A stretch of 64,000 nt of DNA from Sulfolobales archaeon (GCA_038867615.1 JAWBYA010000002.1:128001-192000); one strand, 5' to 3'; shown: positions 31,211 through 42,635, counted from the stretch's first letter. Numbers and translations: made by a program. Notes: generated from the letters alone by a model not told the origin.

Positions 31211-31318
31211 GCAGGATCTCCGTCCTACTGTGTTTTGTTATACCTTGTGAGGAATAAAAGCTACCCCAATTGAATCTTAGATAAAACAAGTTAATGTTTG
31301 ACCATGTGGTAAAGTAGA

Positions 31319-33019
31319 TCATATACCTGTTGGGAGAACCACCGCTCCTTTAGATGCCTGTGACACCAGGGATGCGTATTTAGCCAGAACTCCTGATCTA
31401 TATCTCGGTGGTCTTGGACTCCAGTTCTTAAACCTCCTTTTCACCTCGTCCTCGGGTACAGCGAGATCAAGCCTCCTGTTCTCAACATCTATGATTATCT
31501 TATCACCATTCTCAACAACAGCTATGGGGCCTCCTACAGCAGCTTCCGGCGATACGTGACCCACCATAGGGCCTCTTGTAGCACCACTGAATCTCCCGTC
31601 AGTAACCATGGCTACTTTTTCAAGCCCCGCACCAACTATAGCCGCTGTGACTCTAAGCATCTCCGGCATGCCGGGACCTCCCTTGGGACCTTCGTATCTT
31701 ATAACCACTACATCTCCCTCTTTCACCTCACCGCTCTCGATGCCTTTGAAGGCCTCATCCTCCCCGTCATATACCCTTGCACTCCCCTCAAACCTGGTTA
31801 TGTTTGTTGCAGCCACCTTGATCACTGCTCCCTCCGGTGCGAGGCTACCCTTAAGGATCACTATACCGCCGCTCTTCTTAAACGGGTTTGACACGCTCCT
31901 CACTATATGGTCATGGGGTACGTTTGGATATCTATAGCTCTCAAGATTCTCCTTAACAGTCTTCCCAGTCACCGTCAATGCATCGCCGTGTATTAATCCT
32001 GCTTCCAATAGCTTCTTCATAATCAGTGGGACGCCTCCAACCTCATCTAGATCCATCATTGTGTATTCGCCTCCCGGCCTCATACTGGCTATAAGGGGAA
32101 CCTTTCTCGAGATCCTTTCAAAATCGTCTAGCTCTAGCCTAACGCCAGCCTCGTGAGCTATTGCGAGTAGGTGGAGAACAGCGTTCGTTGAACCTCCCAT
32201 AGCCATGAGGACTGCTATTGCGTTCTCGAAAGCCTCATATCTCAATATATCCCTTGGCTTTATCCCTAGCTCTAGTAGTCTCATTACAGCTACACCGCTC
32301 TCCCTAGCATACCAGATCCTTTTAGCTGATGTTGCTACCGGCGACGCGCTTCCTGGAAGGCTTATTCCGAGAGCCTCTGAGATAGACGCCATAGTATTTG
32401 CTGTAAATAGCCCTGCACATGTCCCGTAGGTTGGGTGCGCTGCTTTCTCAAGCTCTAGAAGCTGCTCCTCAGAGATCTTGCCTTTTAGATAGGCTCCAAC
32501 AGCCTCGTGTATATCCTCAATAGTAACCTTTTTACCATTGTAAAAGCCGGGCTCTGCACTGCCTGCGTAGAGATATATGGAGGGCTTGTTAATCCTAGCC
32601 ATAGCCATAATAGTCCCGGGCTCTGTCTTATCACACCCAGCTATGCCTACAAGCGCGTCGAACGCGTGGGCCATGAACTGGGCCTCGATCATATCTGCTA
32701 TGAGGTCTCTGCTAACAAGGCTATACCTCATACCTTCGGTACCCATACCTATGTTATCGTTAACAACCATTGCCGGGAAGGCTAGAGGTGTCCCGCCACC
32801 TCCTCTAACACCTTCTTTCACATAGGCAGAGAGAGTCATTGTATGTATATTACATGGCCCTGCCTCGCTCCACGCAACAGAGATCGCTACTAAGGGCTTC
32901 CCTATCTCCAGATCTGTGAGACCGATAGATCTGAGGAAAGCCCTGTGGGGCGCGTTGAGAACACCGTGATACCTCTCTCTACTTGGGAGACTACTTCCAA
33001 TCCTCACCAATGGGGGCAC
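31319..33019 (-). CDS. ilvD: Dihydroxy-acid dehydratase
   Basis: [43 protein letters not shown]. Confidence 0.95.
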   Translation of the reverse strand: MPPLVRIGSSLPSRERYHGVLNAPHRAFLRSIGLTDLEIGKPLVAISVAWSEAGPCNIHTMTLSAYVKEGVRGGGGTPLAFPAMVVNDNIGMGTEGMRYSLVSRDLIADMIEAQFMAHAFDALVGIAGCDKTEPGTIMAMARINKPSIYLYAGSAEPGFYNGKKVTIEDIHEAVGAYLKGKISEEQLLELEKAAHPTYGTCAGLFTANTMASISEALGISLPGSASPVATSAKRIWYARESGVAVMRLLELGIKPRDILRYEAFENAIAVLMAMGGSTNAVLHLLAIAHEAGVRLELDDFERISRKVPLIASMRPGGEYTMMDLDEVGGVPLIMKKLLEAGLIHGDALTVTGKTVKENLESYRYPNVPHDHIVRSVSNPFKKSGGIVILKGSLAPEGAVIKVAATNITRFEGSARVYDGEDEAFKGIESGEVKEGDVVVIRYEGPKGGPGMPEMLRVTAAIVGAGLEKVAMVTDGRFSGATRGPMVGHVSPEAAVGGPIAVVENGDKIIIDVENRRLDLAVPEDEVKRRFKNWSPRPPRYRSGVLAKYASLVSQASKGAVVLPTGI

Positions 33020-33220
33020 CGACCTAAGTGGGTTTCAGACATATTTAAAGCTAAGTACTAAAACCATTCTTTCCAATAGCCTGTTTCTATAAATATATTT
33101 CGATCGGTTCTATGCTTGTTAATAGCAAGGAACAGCTGATCCCGGATCTATAGTGTGCGTGGCTATATGTGGTAGTGGTTATTAATACTCACACACAGAG
33201 ATATTATTTAGCGGATCCCC

Positions 33221-33595
33221 ATGAGCCTCAGTTTTGTTGGGAGAGTCGATTTTAAAGGAAGAATCACTATACCCCTCCCTATACGTGATCTTTTAGGGAT
33301 ATATGAGGGAGCAACGGTAATGATCTATGCAGATCTCGATGAGAGAAGCATAAAGATAAAGCCTGTGCAACCCATGGGTGTCCTGACAAAGATCTCTAGG
33401 GAGTGTGGAGAGAGATCATGCATAGGAGAGCTAATAGCACGCCTCGAGAAGCTCGAAGGCTTCAAAGATCTCGTGGAGATTAGGTGCACCAGGAATCTTA
33501 AAGGGTATAAATGCTATGCAATAGCACTCATAAGCCAACAGTATATAGAAAAGCTAAAGAGCGGTGAAGGTTACACAATAGAGATCCTCAAATAA
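33221..33595 (+). CDS. AbrB/MazE/SpoVT-domain DNA-binding protein
   Basis: VDFKGRITIPLPIRDLLGI.EG. Confidence 0.85.
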   Translation: MSLSFVGRVDFKGRITIPLPIRDLLGIYEGATVMIYADLDERSIKIKPVQPMGVLTKISRECGERSCIGELIARLEKLEGFKDLVEIRCTRNLKGYKCYAIALISQQYIEKLKSGEGYTIEILK

Positions 33596-34026
33596 ATCCT
33601 GCCTCTACAAAGCCGAGAGCCTAGCCACGCACGCCCTCACCAGAGAGTTAGTCTCAATCTATAGGGATCGACCAACTGATCCTAACCATAAGGTTATCCC
33701 GGCACACACGTAGATATCGAGACTATCACTTATCCCTAAATACCAATCCATATTCTTTGTCGCCATTCCATAGCAAGAAAAGATACAAAGCCTGCAGGAT
33801 CACAAGATATGGTTAAGCCGATGGTATATGACTTTTATCTGGCGTGGAGTAATCTCAGGAGACACAGAACGATGCATCGCAACTAGGTACTCATCTCACG
33901 AGTAATTCTATTATTAAAGATCCACAAGCGCTAAGATCTTTTCGGAGGAATTAATACGGGAAAAACCCTGTCATGGAATTAATCTTTATGTTATATACGG
34001 CGCAGCTCACTATATTTTGATGCGAT

Positions 34027-34647
34027 ATGAGCATGCCTACAGATCTTTCAACAATAGTATCGATAGCAGTATCGGTCTTCGCTATAATGGATCCTGTCGC
34101 TGCTATACCAACTATGATCACATATATCGAAGAGATGAGGGGCAGAGGCTCCAACGATATCGAGAGCTTTGTGAAGAGGGTGATTAACAGGACAACCATT
34201 GCCGTTTTTATAATGATCACGGTCTTCTCACTAGCTGGGGAATACATACTTAGAATCTTTGGTGTCAGCTTATTAGCTCTAAGAATAGCTGGGGGCGTGA
34301 TCCTAATGGCGATAGCGATCGAAATGCTCATGTCAAGTGATAAACCAGAGAGGGTTAGCAGTGGTGATTTTGCAATAGTCCCTATAGCTACGCCTCTGAT
34401 CGTTGGTCCCGGAACTATGAGTACCCTTATACTATACTCAAGGATCTACGGATCAATACTAACGCTATTAGGAGCATATGTAGCCCTCCTAGCAACGTAC
34501 CCCCTACTGAGATATTCTTACAAAATCATGAGATATATGGGAACCACAGCCCTTAGAGGGATCGGCAAGTTCATGGCTATTATAATAGCTGCTATAGCCG
34601 TTGAGCTCTTCGTAGCAGGGCTAAGGGATCTAGGGCTAGTTAGATAG
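34027..34647 (+). CDS. MarC family membrane protein
   Basis: FAIMDP, RIAGGVIL, AIVPIATPLIVGPG. Confidence 0.92.
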   Translation: MSMPTDLSTIVSIAVSVFAIMDPVAAIPTMITYIEEMRGRGSNDIESFVKRVINRTTIAVFIMITVFSLAGEYILRIFGVSLLALRIAGGVILMAIAIEMLMSSDKPERVSSGDFAIVPIATPLIVGPGTMSTLILYSRIYGSILTLLGAYVALLATYPLLRYSYKIMRYMGTTALRGIGKFMAIIIAAIAVELFVAGLRDLGLVR

Positions 34648-34671
34648 TGGAGTAGGTCGTGAGAATCGCTA

Positions 34672-34857
34672 CTAACTATCATGGCACTCTGTCTTCATTC
34701 TCATTATATTGAGACCGCCGCTGAGTGCTAGTAATCCAGATGCCAGGGACACTATTGATGCAAGCACCATGTTATTCGCTATAAAATATATCGATAGACT
34801 CATGAAGATTATCGACGATATAACCAGGATCAGTGCTGCTATATGCGTATGCTTCAA
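34672..34857 (-). CDS. Small two-helix membrane protein
   Basis: 61 aa, two hydrophobic helices, GGTG upstream. Confidence 0.55.
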   Translation of the reverse strand: MKHTHIAALILVISSIIFMSLSIYFIANNMVLASIVSLASGLLALSGGLNIMRMKTECHDS

Positions 34858-35179
34858 GACACCTATCCCTAATGCTACTTAACATTCTATTTTTTATTTT
34901 CATAGCAAGGGATCTAAACCTAGGGGCATTGTTTTTCATTACCAGGGTCTGGGGGTAAGCTTGTTTCCAAAAATATGCTAACAGGATCCGTTATAGATCT
35001 TTTACTACTTAATAGTATTAGTGGAAGCTGTTTTCTAAAGGGTTCTATACACAAGCAGCTCCCAAGAATATCGGAAGGAAACCGCTTGCTATGTTAGGCA
35101 AATTTATGCTCGGCGAGTCCGTGGGTTTGGTTATTTTCCGGCCTGATAATATATATTTCTCCCCATAACAAATTATGCT

Positions 35180-35794
35180 TTGGGAGATATTTTGGTTAGA
35201 GTTAAAAGAAACCTAGATGCTGTGGATATAGAGATACTCAAAATACTAACCCAGAACTGTAGGGAGAAGCTTGAGAGCATAGCCTCTAAGGTGGGGTTAA
35301 GTGCTCCAATGGTTAGGAAGAGGATCGAGACCATGGAGAGACTAGGGATCGTTAGGAAATGCTCGGCTAAAATAGATCTAGAGATGCTCGATGGCGTGGT
35401 AACCAAAGCCCTAATTATAAAGCATCGAGGTGTTGAGAGAATAGCAGACGATCTTTATAGGAATAAGGGTGTTGAGAGGATATATGTATCCAGAGCAGAT
35501 GATACGATCATAGCGATAGTCAGGGCTATCAATGAGCAGGAGGTGAGGAGTCTTGTTGAGACGTTACAGAAAGAGATCCCGGGTGTCGAGATCATAGATA
35601 TAGATCTAGTTATGGAGAAAGAGTGGGTTCCCGAGAAACCCGGGATCGGGATCATATATAGATGTAACTTCTGCGGAGGCGTAATAATAGGATCGCCCCA
35701 CGTTGTAACCATCAATGGGGTTATAAGAACATTCCACGGCAAGGAGTGTGCCGAGGCTTATATTCAGAAAAGACAGCTAAGACTAACAACGTGA
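35180..35794 (+). CDS. AsnC/Lrp-type HTH regulator with C-terminal TRASH metal-binding domain (CopT-like)
   Basis: LD.VD.EIL..L..N.R HTH; CNFCG..I.G.P......G....F...EC. Confidence 0.85.
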   Translation: MGDILVRVKRNLDAVDIEILKILTQNCREKLESIASKVGLSAPMVRKRIETMERLGIVRKCSAKIDLEMLDGVVTKALIIKHRGVERIADDLYRNKGVERIYVSRADDTIIAIVRAINEQEVRSLVETLQKEIPGVEIIDIDLVMEKEWVPEKPGIGIIYRCNFCGGVIIGSPHVVTINGVIRTFHGKECAEAYIQKRQLRLTT

Positions 35795-35815
35795 TTCAAT
35801 AATCCTAGTAACTCT

Positions 35816-36670
35816 CTAACTGCTTTGCCGAGAAGCTATTCTCCTCTTGATCCTCTTCATATATCTGAAGGTGGGTTCATAGACCGCTACGAAGAGGAGT
35901 AAGAGGATCACTGTAGTGAGGTCTGGGAAGAAGAATGCTATAATCACCCACGCTAGGGCGTATATCAGCTTCTTGTTTCTAAAGAGATCCGAGTCAGGAT
36001 CTATGATTCCTAACTCTGTGAGCATGAGAAACACGGCTGGAGCTACGAATATAGCCACCGTACCCATAATGGATGTCATGAGATCGCTTATAAAGCCCTG
36101 AAGAGTTATCCAAGGCTCTGCACCAGCAGCAGCTCCCCAGTATAGCCCCGCCCTTATCACAGTATATGCTGTTATGAAGAATCCTGCCAGCATTCCTCCC
36201 GCTATGTATATTGATGATATTGCTAGGTATTTCTTAACAACCCTCTTCTCATGATCATATAGTCCTGGCCATACGAATGCTACAATCTGGTATATTATAT
36301 AGGGTAGTGTGACTATTAAGGCTAGTATCAATGCTACCTGGAGAATCGCTGTAAAAACAGATCCTACAGAACCTATTATGAGTCTCGCCTCAGGAGGCAG
36401 TATATACTCCCTGCTATATCTTATGAAAAGTGTTGTGAGGCTCTCATAACTGCCTCCCGAGGTAAGGTTGGTTGAGAAGACAGAGCCCGGGTTCTTTATA
36501 ATATTAGCTACAAAACCAACCACGCTCTCCTCCGAGCTAAACATGCCGGCTAGGTTTATTGGTGCTATGAATATTGCCACAGCTATTCCGAGGACTATCA
36601 TAGCCCTAAACATCCTCGCCCTAAGCTCCTCCAAGTGCTCATGCAAAGGTGCTTCTCTATCCTCTGACAA
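35816..36670 (-). CDS. tatC: Twin-arginine translocase subunit TatC
   Basis: PLHEHLEELRAR, YQIVAFVWPGLYDHEK, PD, YE. Confidence 0.92.
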   Translation of the reverse strand: MSEDREAPLHEHLEELRARMFRAMIVLGIAVAIFIAPINLAGMFSSEESVVGFVANIIKNPGSVFSTNLTSGGSYESLTTLFIRYSREYILPPEARLIIGSVGSVFTAILQVALILALIVTLPYIIYQIVAFVWPGLYDHEKRVVKKYLAISSIYIAGGMLAGFFITAYTVIRAGLYWGAAAGAEPWITLQGFISDLMTSIMGTVAIFVAPAVFLMLTELGIIDPDSDLFRNKKLIYALAWVIIAFFFPDLTTVILLLLFVAVYEPTFRYMKRIKRRIASRQSS

Positions 36671-36748
36671 GAGAGGGTTGCTCCTCTAATATTAGCTCCC
36701 CCACAGGGCATTTATTTGTTACCAAACCCTACTATGCTTGGTGATGGC

Positions 36749-37165
36749 GTGAGCATTATAGACGACTACGGCTATCTGTTAGAGAGGGCCTATTCGAAAC
36801 TACAGGTTCGTAGAGAGGCTAAGCCCATAGATCTACCGGATCTCGATGTTGACTACGCAGCCAACAAAACCATTGTCAAGAACCTCCAGCAGATCTCCCA
36901 GAGGATAAATAGAAACCCAAGGATACTTGCTAGGTATTTCCTCAAGGGATCAGCACTTTCTGGGGCAATAAACCCCTCAGGAGCCCTAGAGATCTATGGT
37001 AAGGTGTCTAAAAAGAGCCTACAGGATCTCTATAGAAGGTTTATACAAACATATGTCAGATGCCCCACATGCGGCTCGATAGACACGGATATGATTAAGA
37101 AGGGTAAGATATGGATTATAAAGTGCCTGGCATGCGGCGCTGAATCCACAGTAGAGGCGATCTAG
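36749..37165 (+). CDS. Translation initiation factor aIF2 beta
   Basis: Y..LLERAY, INR.P, YVRCPTCGSIDT, CLACGA. Confidence 0.92.
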   Translation: MSIIDDYGYLLERAYSKLQVRREAKPIDLPDLDVDYAANKTIVKNLQQISQRINRNPRILARYFLKGSALSGAINPSGALEIYGKVSKKSLQDLYRRFIQTYVRCPTCGSIDTDMIKKGKIWIIKCLACGAESTVEAI

Positions 37166-37480
37166 ATGACAGGACTCTTCAGAGTAAAGATCATGAATAT
37201 AGGTGAGGAAAGGATAGTGAGTGTATGTGATGAAGAACTTCTGGGAAAGGTTTTGGTCGATGAGAAGAGAAAAATAAAGATCAGGATCGATGAACCGTTC
37301 TATGGAGGAGATCTCATGGAACTCGACGAAGCCCTCGGAGTTATCAGCTCCTCAACACAGGCAAACCTGATCGGGAACAGGATAGTTGAGGCTGCTATCG
37401 AGAGAGGGCTGGTCATAAGGGAAGGTGTGATCGAGATCGCTGGCGTGAAACACACACAGATCATACTAGATAAAGTATAA
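37166..37480 (+). CDS. DUF424 family protein
   Basis: CDEELLGK, FYGG, ANLIGNRIV, I.GV.H.Q. Confidence 0.9.
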   Translation: MTGLFRVKIMNIGEERIVSVCDEELLGKVLVDEKRKIKIRIDEPFYGGDLMELDEALGVISSSTQANLIGNRIVEAAIERGLVIREGVIEIAGVKHTQIILDKV

Positions 37481-37602
37481 CCATAGCGGGAACAGCATCC
37501 CAACCCCCAACAGATGTTGTTTTAAATAGAAATGATAACCTGCATAGAGGATCTCAATAGATCTTATGGCCGGTTTAGCATAAGATCCAGCCAGGATATC
37601 TG

Positions 37603-38742
37603 TTGATTATATACCCACACAACATACTAGATAACGGGATTTCCATAGAATCGAGAAGAACAGCCCTGGTTATACTCAATAAGGATAATGCTGAAGGGCT
37701 TAGAAAAGCCCTAGAGAGTCTTGAGACCCAGAGCTGCCCACCATGCAAGTGCTTCGATATATATATTGTTGATGGGGGGAGCTCTGATCATTCATTCCTA
37801 GTTGCTAACGAGATGGGTAGTAAGATTCCCTGTATATATTGGTTCGATCAGAGTGTGAAGGGGGGTACAGGACCAGCTAGGATCGAGATCCTTGAAGTAC
37901 TTAGAAAAAAAGGGTATGAATATATAATCTGGGGTGATTCCGAGAATATCTATTCGAGGGAGTATGTGGAGAGAATCCTGGCTATGCTGGATCGTGGATG
38001 TGATATAGCATCAGGAAGGTCTGTAGTTGCTAGGCAGAGCATATGGTCTGAGGCCTTTTATTGGTACCATGCATTTCACAACCTCTTCCCCAGAATCGTT
38101 GGCTCAAGACACGCCCCAGGAAACAACATGGGTGTAAAGATCAGCGTATATAACTTAGCCTCATACCCTCCCTCAAAGAGATCCGATGATTATATATTCA
38201 CATTCAGCCTCATAAAGAACGGTTCAGGGGGTGACGAGATAAATAGGGTGAAATACTGCATAGATGAAAACGCTGTAGTTCATGTAAGCATGGCGGAAAA
38301 CATACGCGGGATCATTTCATGGCAGAGATCAAGGGTCTCGGGGTTAGTCAAGGGATCCTTATATATAGGGCTCAAAATTCCTCCGGATCTCCTCAGCTGG
38401 AGCATACCTCTAGTAGTATTCCTAACACTATTAACGCTCTCAATAGTCCTTCTAAACCCAGTATTACTAACAATACCTATAATAGGTATCACATCCCTCT
38501 CAGTATTCCTACATATAAAGTCTAAGAGATATCTCGACAGGAGAACATATGCAACAGGGCTAATAGCGACTCTCGGCATGATCCTTCACGCTGTTTTCAC
38601 AACGGTCTATGTTTTGGAGGATCTCATCAAGATCTATATTAGCGGTGGTGTTGAGAAAACACTGACGATCATGAGAGAAGCTGAGATCAAGGCTAAAAGC
38701 AGTACGAAGGAAGGGCTACGCCTTCCGGTCAAGAGCACCTAA
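37603..38742 (+). CDS. Glycosyltransferase family 2 with C-terminal TM helices
   Basis: IVDGGSSD, WGDSE, GNNM, SDD, Q..R. Confidence 0.85.
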   Translation: MIIYPHNILDNGISIESRRTALVILNKDNAEGLRKALESLETQSCPPCKCFDIYIVDGGSSDHSFLVANEMGSKIPCIYWFDQSVKGGTGPARIEILEVLRKKGYEYIIWGDSENIYSREYVERILAMLDRGCDIASGRSVVARQSIWSEAFYWYHAFHNLFPRIVGSRHAPGNNMGVKISVYNLASYPPSKRSDDYIFTFSLIKNGSGGDEINRVKYCIDENAVVHVSMAENIRGIISWQRSRVSGLVKGSLYIGLKIPPDLLSWSIPLVVFLTLLTLSIVLLNPVLLTIPIIGITSLSVFLHIKSKRYLDRRTYATGLIATLGMILHAVFTTVYVLEDLIKIYISGGVEKTLTIMREAEIKAKSSTKEGLRLPVKST

Positions 38743-38939
38743 TGCTCTTAGCCCTTTGTAAGAGATCTCTCCAACCATATTATATTAGCAATCACTCTAA
38801 ATGACCCTGTTGATTATATACAAACACGCCCGTGATAAACCTTGATCCTAGATCTTATGAGTAGCATTTCACAAAAGCACCTAATTGTTTAGGTTCATAT
38901 CCTAAATTCTCTTTATGTAATAAGAGTAAGGGTGTCTTT

Positions 38940-39290
38940 ATGGGTGAAGCAGCACCCCACGGCGAGGGCCTTAGAAAGTATCAGAGAATAGTTATTGACA
39001 TGGATATATGCATCAGCTGTGGCGCCTGTGTAGCTGTATGCCCGGTACAGGCTTTAGAACTGGATCAGAATGCAAAGGCAAGGCTAATCTGGGATAAATG
39101 TGTAGACGACTTCAGCTGTGTGAAGGTATGTCCAGTTAACTGTATATGGCCTGCCCCAGAGGCTCCCGAAGCTTCAAAGGCTAAGAGTGGTTGGTATAGG
39201 TTTAATAGGGTGTTAGAGGATCTCGAGAAGAAGATCTTCGAGGAGTGGAAAGCCAAGTACGGTATTACGGGAGCACCTGCAGAAGTATAG
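38940..39290 (+). CDS. Dicluster Fe-S ferredoxin
   Basis: CISCGACVAVCP and CVDDFSCVKVCP. Confidence 0.9.
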   Translation: MGEAAPHGEGLRKYQRIVIDMDICISCGACVAVCPVQALELDQNAKARLIWDKCVDDFSCVKVCPVNCIWPAPEAPEASKAKSGWYRFNRVLEDLEKKIFEEWKAKYGITGAPAEV

Positions 39291-39330
39291 ATAAAGAATC
39301 AAAAAAGTATTTTGATCTTTTTTATATTTT

Positions 39331-39480
39331 TTACTTAGCTCTTCCTGTTATAACGTATACTTTTGTTCCACAGCTAGGACATGTACCTACTATAGCCTTG
39401 GCCTTGTTCTTAAGCACTGTCTCTGTCGGGTTCTTCAGCTCAACCTTTTTCCTGCACTTTAGGCAGAACCCAGCCGCCAT
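39331..39480 (-). CDS. 49-aa basic zinc-ribbon protein (DUF5679-like), absent from the ORF track
   Basis: MAAGFCLKCRKKVELKNPTETVLKNKAKAIVGTCPSCGTKVYVITGRAK*; GGTGA RBS and TTTAAA box upstream. Confidence 0.85.
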   Translation of the reverse strand: MAAGFCLKCRKKVELKNPTETVLKNKAKAIVGTCPSCGTKVYVITGRAK

Positions 39481-39750
39481 GTTTTCACCAACATATTCTC
39501 TTGTAAGGTGAAATTTAAATATTTACCCCCCGGGATCTTTATAAATCGGTTTCAAAAGTGATGCGGAGAATAAACATCGAGGCATAAAAAAGTATTGCGA
39601 ATGTTGCCTTTTATTAGAAACATATTATTTGCACCTGGTTATTTTGTATATTTATTTTTAACGCCCCCCGCTCCTAGTAAGATCTGGTCGTGATCGTTGA
39701 TATGAGGTAATACAGGGCTCATGAATCGTTATAGAAGCGATAGGAAACCA

Positions 39751-40401
39751 TTACTCCTGGAGTATACCCATGTCTGTTAGGTATTTTCTCACTATCTTCT
39801 TAAGAGCCCTTCTAACTATATCTCTGAGCGATGTGGTTCGGATCCCCATAACTCTGGCCATCTCTGCTAAGGAGGTTTTTCTAGGTGTGTCGAAATACCC
39901 CTTTTTATAGGCGAATAGAAGAACCTCCAACTGCCTTGGGGTGAGCTCGCCGGGTTCCGCGTGTTCAGCCCTTCTGACCACAACTGGCTGTAAACCTGCA
40001 TCTGCGAGGGATCTTATTATGTCTTTCAGGGCTCCGAGGCCGGGGACTAGGAGTCTATAGCTTATCTCGGTACTTGAGACCGGAATGCCTTCTATAACTA
40101 CGCAATCCTCTCTGCTGAGTAGCGAGCATGCAGAGCAGCTCCTAGATCTAACCCAGAGTGTATTGTTGCCAAGTATCCTTACGATCTTCACACCCTTTCT
40201 TATTAGCATGGCTCTTAACTCTTCCGGATCTCCGTTATAGATCCTGATCATGTGGCTTGACATCGTCCTACCCGGGCTTGTTCTGAGCATCCTTATATTA
40301 CCCCCACTGGGATCGATTCCTGTTATTGTGTTAGTAACATCGCAATCCTTCCTAGTAACCCTTATCCATACATCCAAAAGCGATGATGACACTATCTGCA
40401 T
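39751..40401 (-). CDS. Bacterio-opsin activator-type (HTH_10) regulator
   Basis: LTPRQLEVL..AYKKGYFDTPRKTSL.E.A..MGI; CSAC in the N-terminal domain. Confidence 0.88.
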   Translation of the reverse strand: MQIVSSSLLDVWIRVTRKDCDVTNTITGIDPSGGNIRMLRTSPGRTMSSHMIRIYNGDPEELRAMLIRKGVKIVRILGNNTLWVRSRSCSACSLLSREDCVVIEGIPVSSTEISYRLLVPGLGALKDIIRSLADAGLQPVVVRRAEHAEPGELTPRQLEVLLFAYKKGYFDTPRKTSLAEMARVMGIRTTSLRDIVRRALKKIVRKYLTDMGILQE

Positions 40402-40506
40402 TCCCGCGTACCTATTTATCTCGGAGATACATAAGTAAACACCTATGCTCAATTACTATTTATATAAAAGAGTTGTTATTTATCTTATTAGAGTAGGTGA
40501 GGGATC

Positions 40507-41730
40507 ATGCAGCAGGGAAGGAGCATTGTTGTAGAGGAGATAAACTACATACCTGTAGAGAAACTAACCGTAGAGCTTGTCGAAAGAAAAGGCGTTGGTC
40601 ACCCAGACTACATAGCTGACGCCGCGTCAGAAGCTTCGAGCATAGCCCTATCCCTCTTCTATAGAAAAGAATTCGGCTACATATTGCATCACAACTTAGA
40701 CAAGACCCTAGTAGTAGGTGGACAATCCAGCCCTAGGTTTGGGGGCGGAGAGGTGATCCAGCCGATATATATCCTTGTATCTGGGAGAACAACTACGACT
40801 GTTTTTAAAGATGGTAAGGTTATAAAGATCCCTGTAGGACCCCTGATCATAGGTGCTGTTAAGGAATGGATCAAAAATAACTTCAGATTCCTAGACCCCG
40901 AGAAACACGTTGTTGTAGACTATAAGGTTGGGCAGGGAAGTACCGATCTTTCTGGGCTATATGAGCTTGGTAAAGAGAAAACTCCTCTAGCCAACGATAC
41001 AAGCTTTGGAGTCGGTTTCGCACCACTATCAAATCTCGAGAGAACTGTTCTTGAGATTGAGAGGATGCTTAACTCGCGGGACTTCAAAGCCAAATACCCC
41101 GAGGTTGGCGAGGATGTCAAGGTTATGGGGCTAAGGATAGGGAGTAGTGTTAAAATAACTGTGGCTGCATCTATGATCTCCCACCTGATCGATGACATGG
41201 ATCACTACCTCTCGGTTAAGGAGGAGGTTAGAAACAGGATTGCAGACCTCGTAGCGAAAATAGCAGAGTTCAATGGGGTTGAGGTGTATCTCAACACAGC
41301 TGATAGGCCTGAGAAAGGGCTTGTCTACCTAACAGTGACAGGAACATCTGCCGAGCATGGTGATGATGGTATGACTGGGAGGGGTAATAGGGTTAATGGG
41401 CTTATAACCCCCATGAGGCCTATGAGCCTTGAGGCAACCGCGGGTAAAAACCCCGTCTCGCATGTGGGTAAGATCTATAATGCTCTTGCCACAATGATAG
41501 CGAATGATATATATAGAAAGGTTCCTGGAATAGTTGAGGTCTATGTAAGCCTCCTAAGCCAGATAGGAAGACCAATAGATCTACCGCTAATAGCGTCAGT
41601 AAAAATCGTGCCAGAGAAAAACCTGACAGCAAATATCAAGAGCGAGGTGGAGGAGATCGTCAACAATCATCTTGAGAATATAACGAAACTCAGGGATCAG
41701 TTCATCTCTGGGAGCATAATGATATTCTGA
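40507..41730 (+). CDS. mat: Archaeal S-adenosylmethionine synthetase
   Basis: [45 protein letters not shown]. Confidence 0.97.
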   Translation: MQQGRSIVVEEINYIPVEKLTVELVERKGVGHPDYIADAASEASSIALSLFYRKEFGYILHHNLDKTLVVGGQSSPRFGGGEVIQPIYILVSGRTTTTVFKDGKVIKIPVGPLIIGAVKEWIKNNFRFLDPEKHVVVDYKVGQGSTDLSGLYELGKEKTPLANDTSFGVGFAPLSNLERTVLEIERMLNSRDFKAKYPEVGEDVKVMGLRIGSSVKITVAASMISHLIDDMDHYLSVKEEVRNRIADLVAKIAEFNGVEVYLNTADRPEKGLVYLTVTGTSAEHGDDGMTGRGNRVNGLITPMRPMSLEATAGKNPVSHVGKIYNALATMIANDIYRKVPGIVEVYVSLLSQIGRPIDLPLIASVKIVPEKNLTANIKSEVEEIVNNHLENITKLRDQFISGSIMIF

Positions 41731-41763
41731 TCTACTAATAAAGCCTAGGGAGTAGAGGATCTT

Positions 41764-42453
41764 TTACTCTCCTCCGCTATCTATAACCATGCTTTTACCC
41801 AAATCGCTGGGGGCCTCGCTCTTTACGTCCCGAAAGGACTCGCTCGCACGCATAGATACCCTCGACCTAAGTTTTCTAGCAAGCATGAATATCTCCTCAA
41901 TACTCCTTATATAGGAGCCCCATTTCTCGGGATCCTCCTGGATCTTCCTATATATCCTCAGAAGCTTGGGTAGTTTTTTAAAGCTTATCTCGTAAAGCCT
42001 CTTATAATCTGAATCACTCCACCTCTTCTTCTCTGCAAGGTTTTTTAGGCTTCTAGCAATGTCTTCTAATCTCAAGGACTCGATCTGGAGCCTTATAACC
42101 ACAGCCTCCGGATCCTCGTCGCCCCCACTCCTAAGCCTCTCTACATACTCCTCAAGCGCCTCTCTATTAGATATAGTATACCATCTCTGGCTGCTTGTGT
42201 GGAGGGTTGTTTTGATCAAGCTATATTCCTTCTCAAGAATCCTTAGGAGGGGCGACGGGTTATAGCTATAACCCATTATGCCGAGTTCTTCTACAATAGA
42301 TCTATAGTCAAAATCTCCTGGAAGCGGTGGTGTAGAGGTTCTGGAAAGTCTCTGGGCAGCCCTAACAATAGCCTCAAGAACAGCCTTGCCCCTCTCACCA
42401 TACCTATATACGAAATCAGAGATCATGGCCTCTATATTATCCCCTTTAAGCAT
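41764..42453 (-). CDS. Conserved hypothetical protein (winged-helix-like N-terminus)
   Basis: GDFDYR...YNPSPLLRILEKEY..I.T..H.S.QRWY; own TATA at ~42493. Confidence 0.75.
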   Translation of the reverse strand: MLKGDNIEAMISDFVYRYGERGKAVLEAIVRAAQRLSRTSTPPLPGDFDYRSIVEELGIMGYSYNPSPLLRILEKEYSLIKTTLHTSSQRWYTISNREALEEYVERLRSGGDEDPEAVVIRLQIESLRLEDIARSLKNLAEKKRWSDSDYKRLYEISFKKLPKLLRIYRKIQEDPEKWGSYIRSIEEIFMLARKLRSRVSMRASESFRDVKSEAPSDLGKSMVIDSGGE

Positions 42454-42500
42454 AAATCCAAGCCCTATCGATCTTTCCCCAACAAAGAATAATATATATA

Positions 42501-42635
42501 GGGTGCGGAGAAAAGAGGGGTAACCTCTGTCAAAAAGGTATTACCATTCACACCGACCTGACATAGGATCCTGCTATGTCGGGTTAGTCCTCACCATCGA
42601 GTTTCCCTAAACCGATAGCTAGAATCGTCGCATCC
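42501..42635 (+). ncRNA. Candidate structured non-coding RNA
   Basis: Closing stem GGGUGCG/CGCAUCC encloses three hairpins, including a 12-bp stem 42555-42585; G-U pairs favour the + strand; no ORF. Confidence 0.4.

Noticed and set aside
33596-33950. Pseudogene in the gap after the AbrB gene
   Set aside because: Only short interrupted frames with no recognisable homology.
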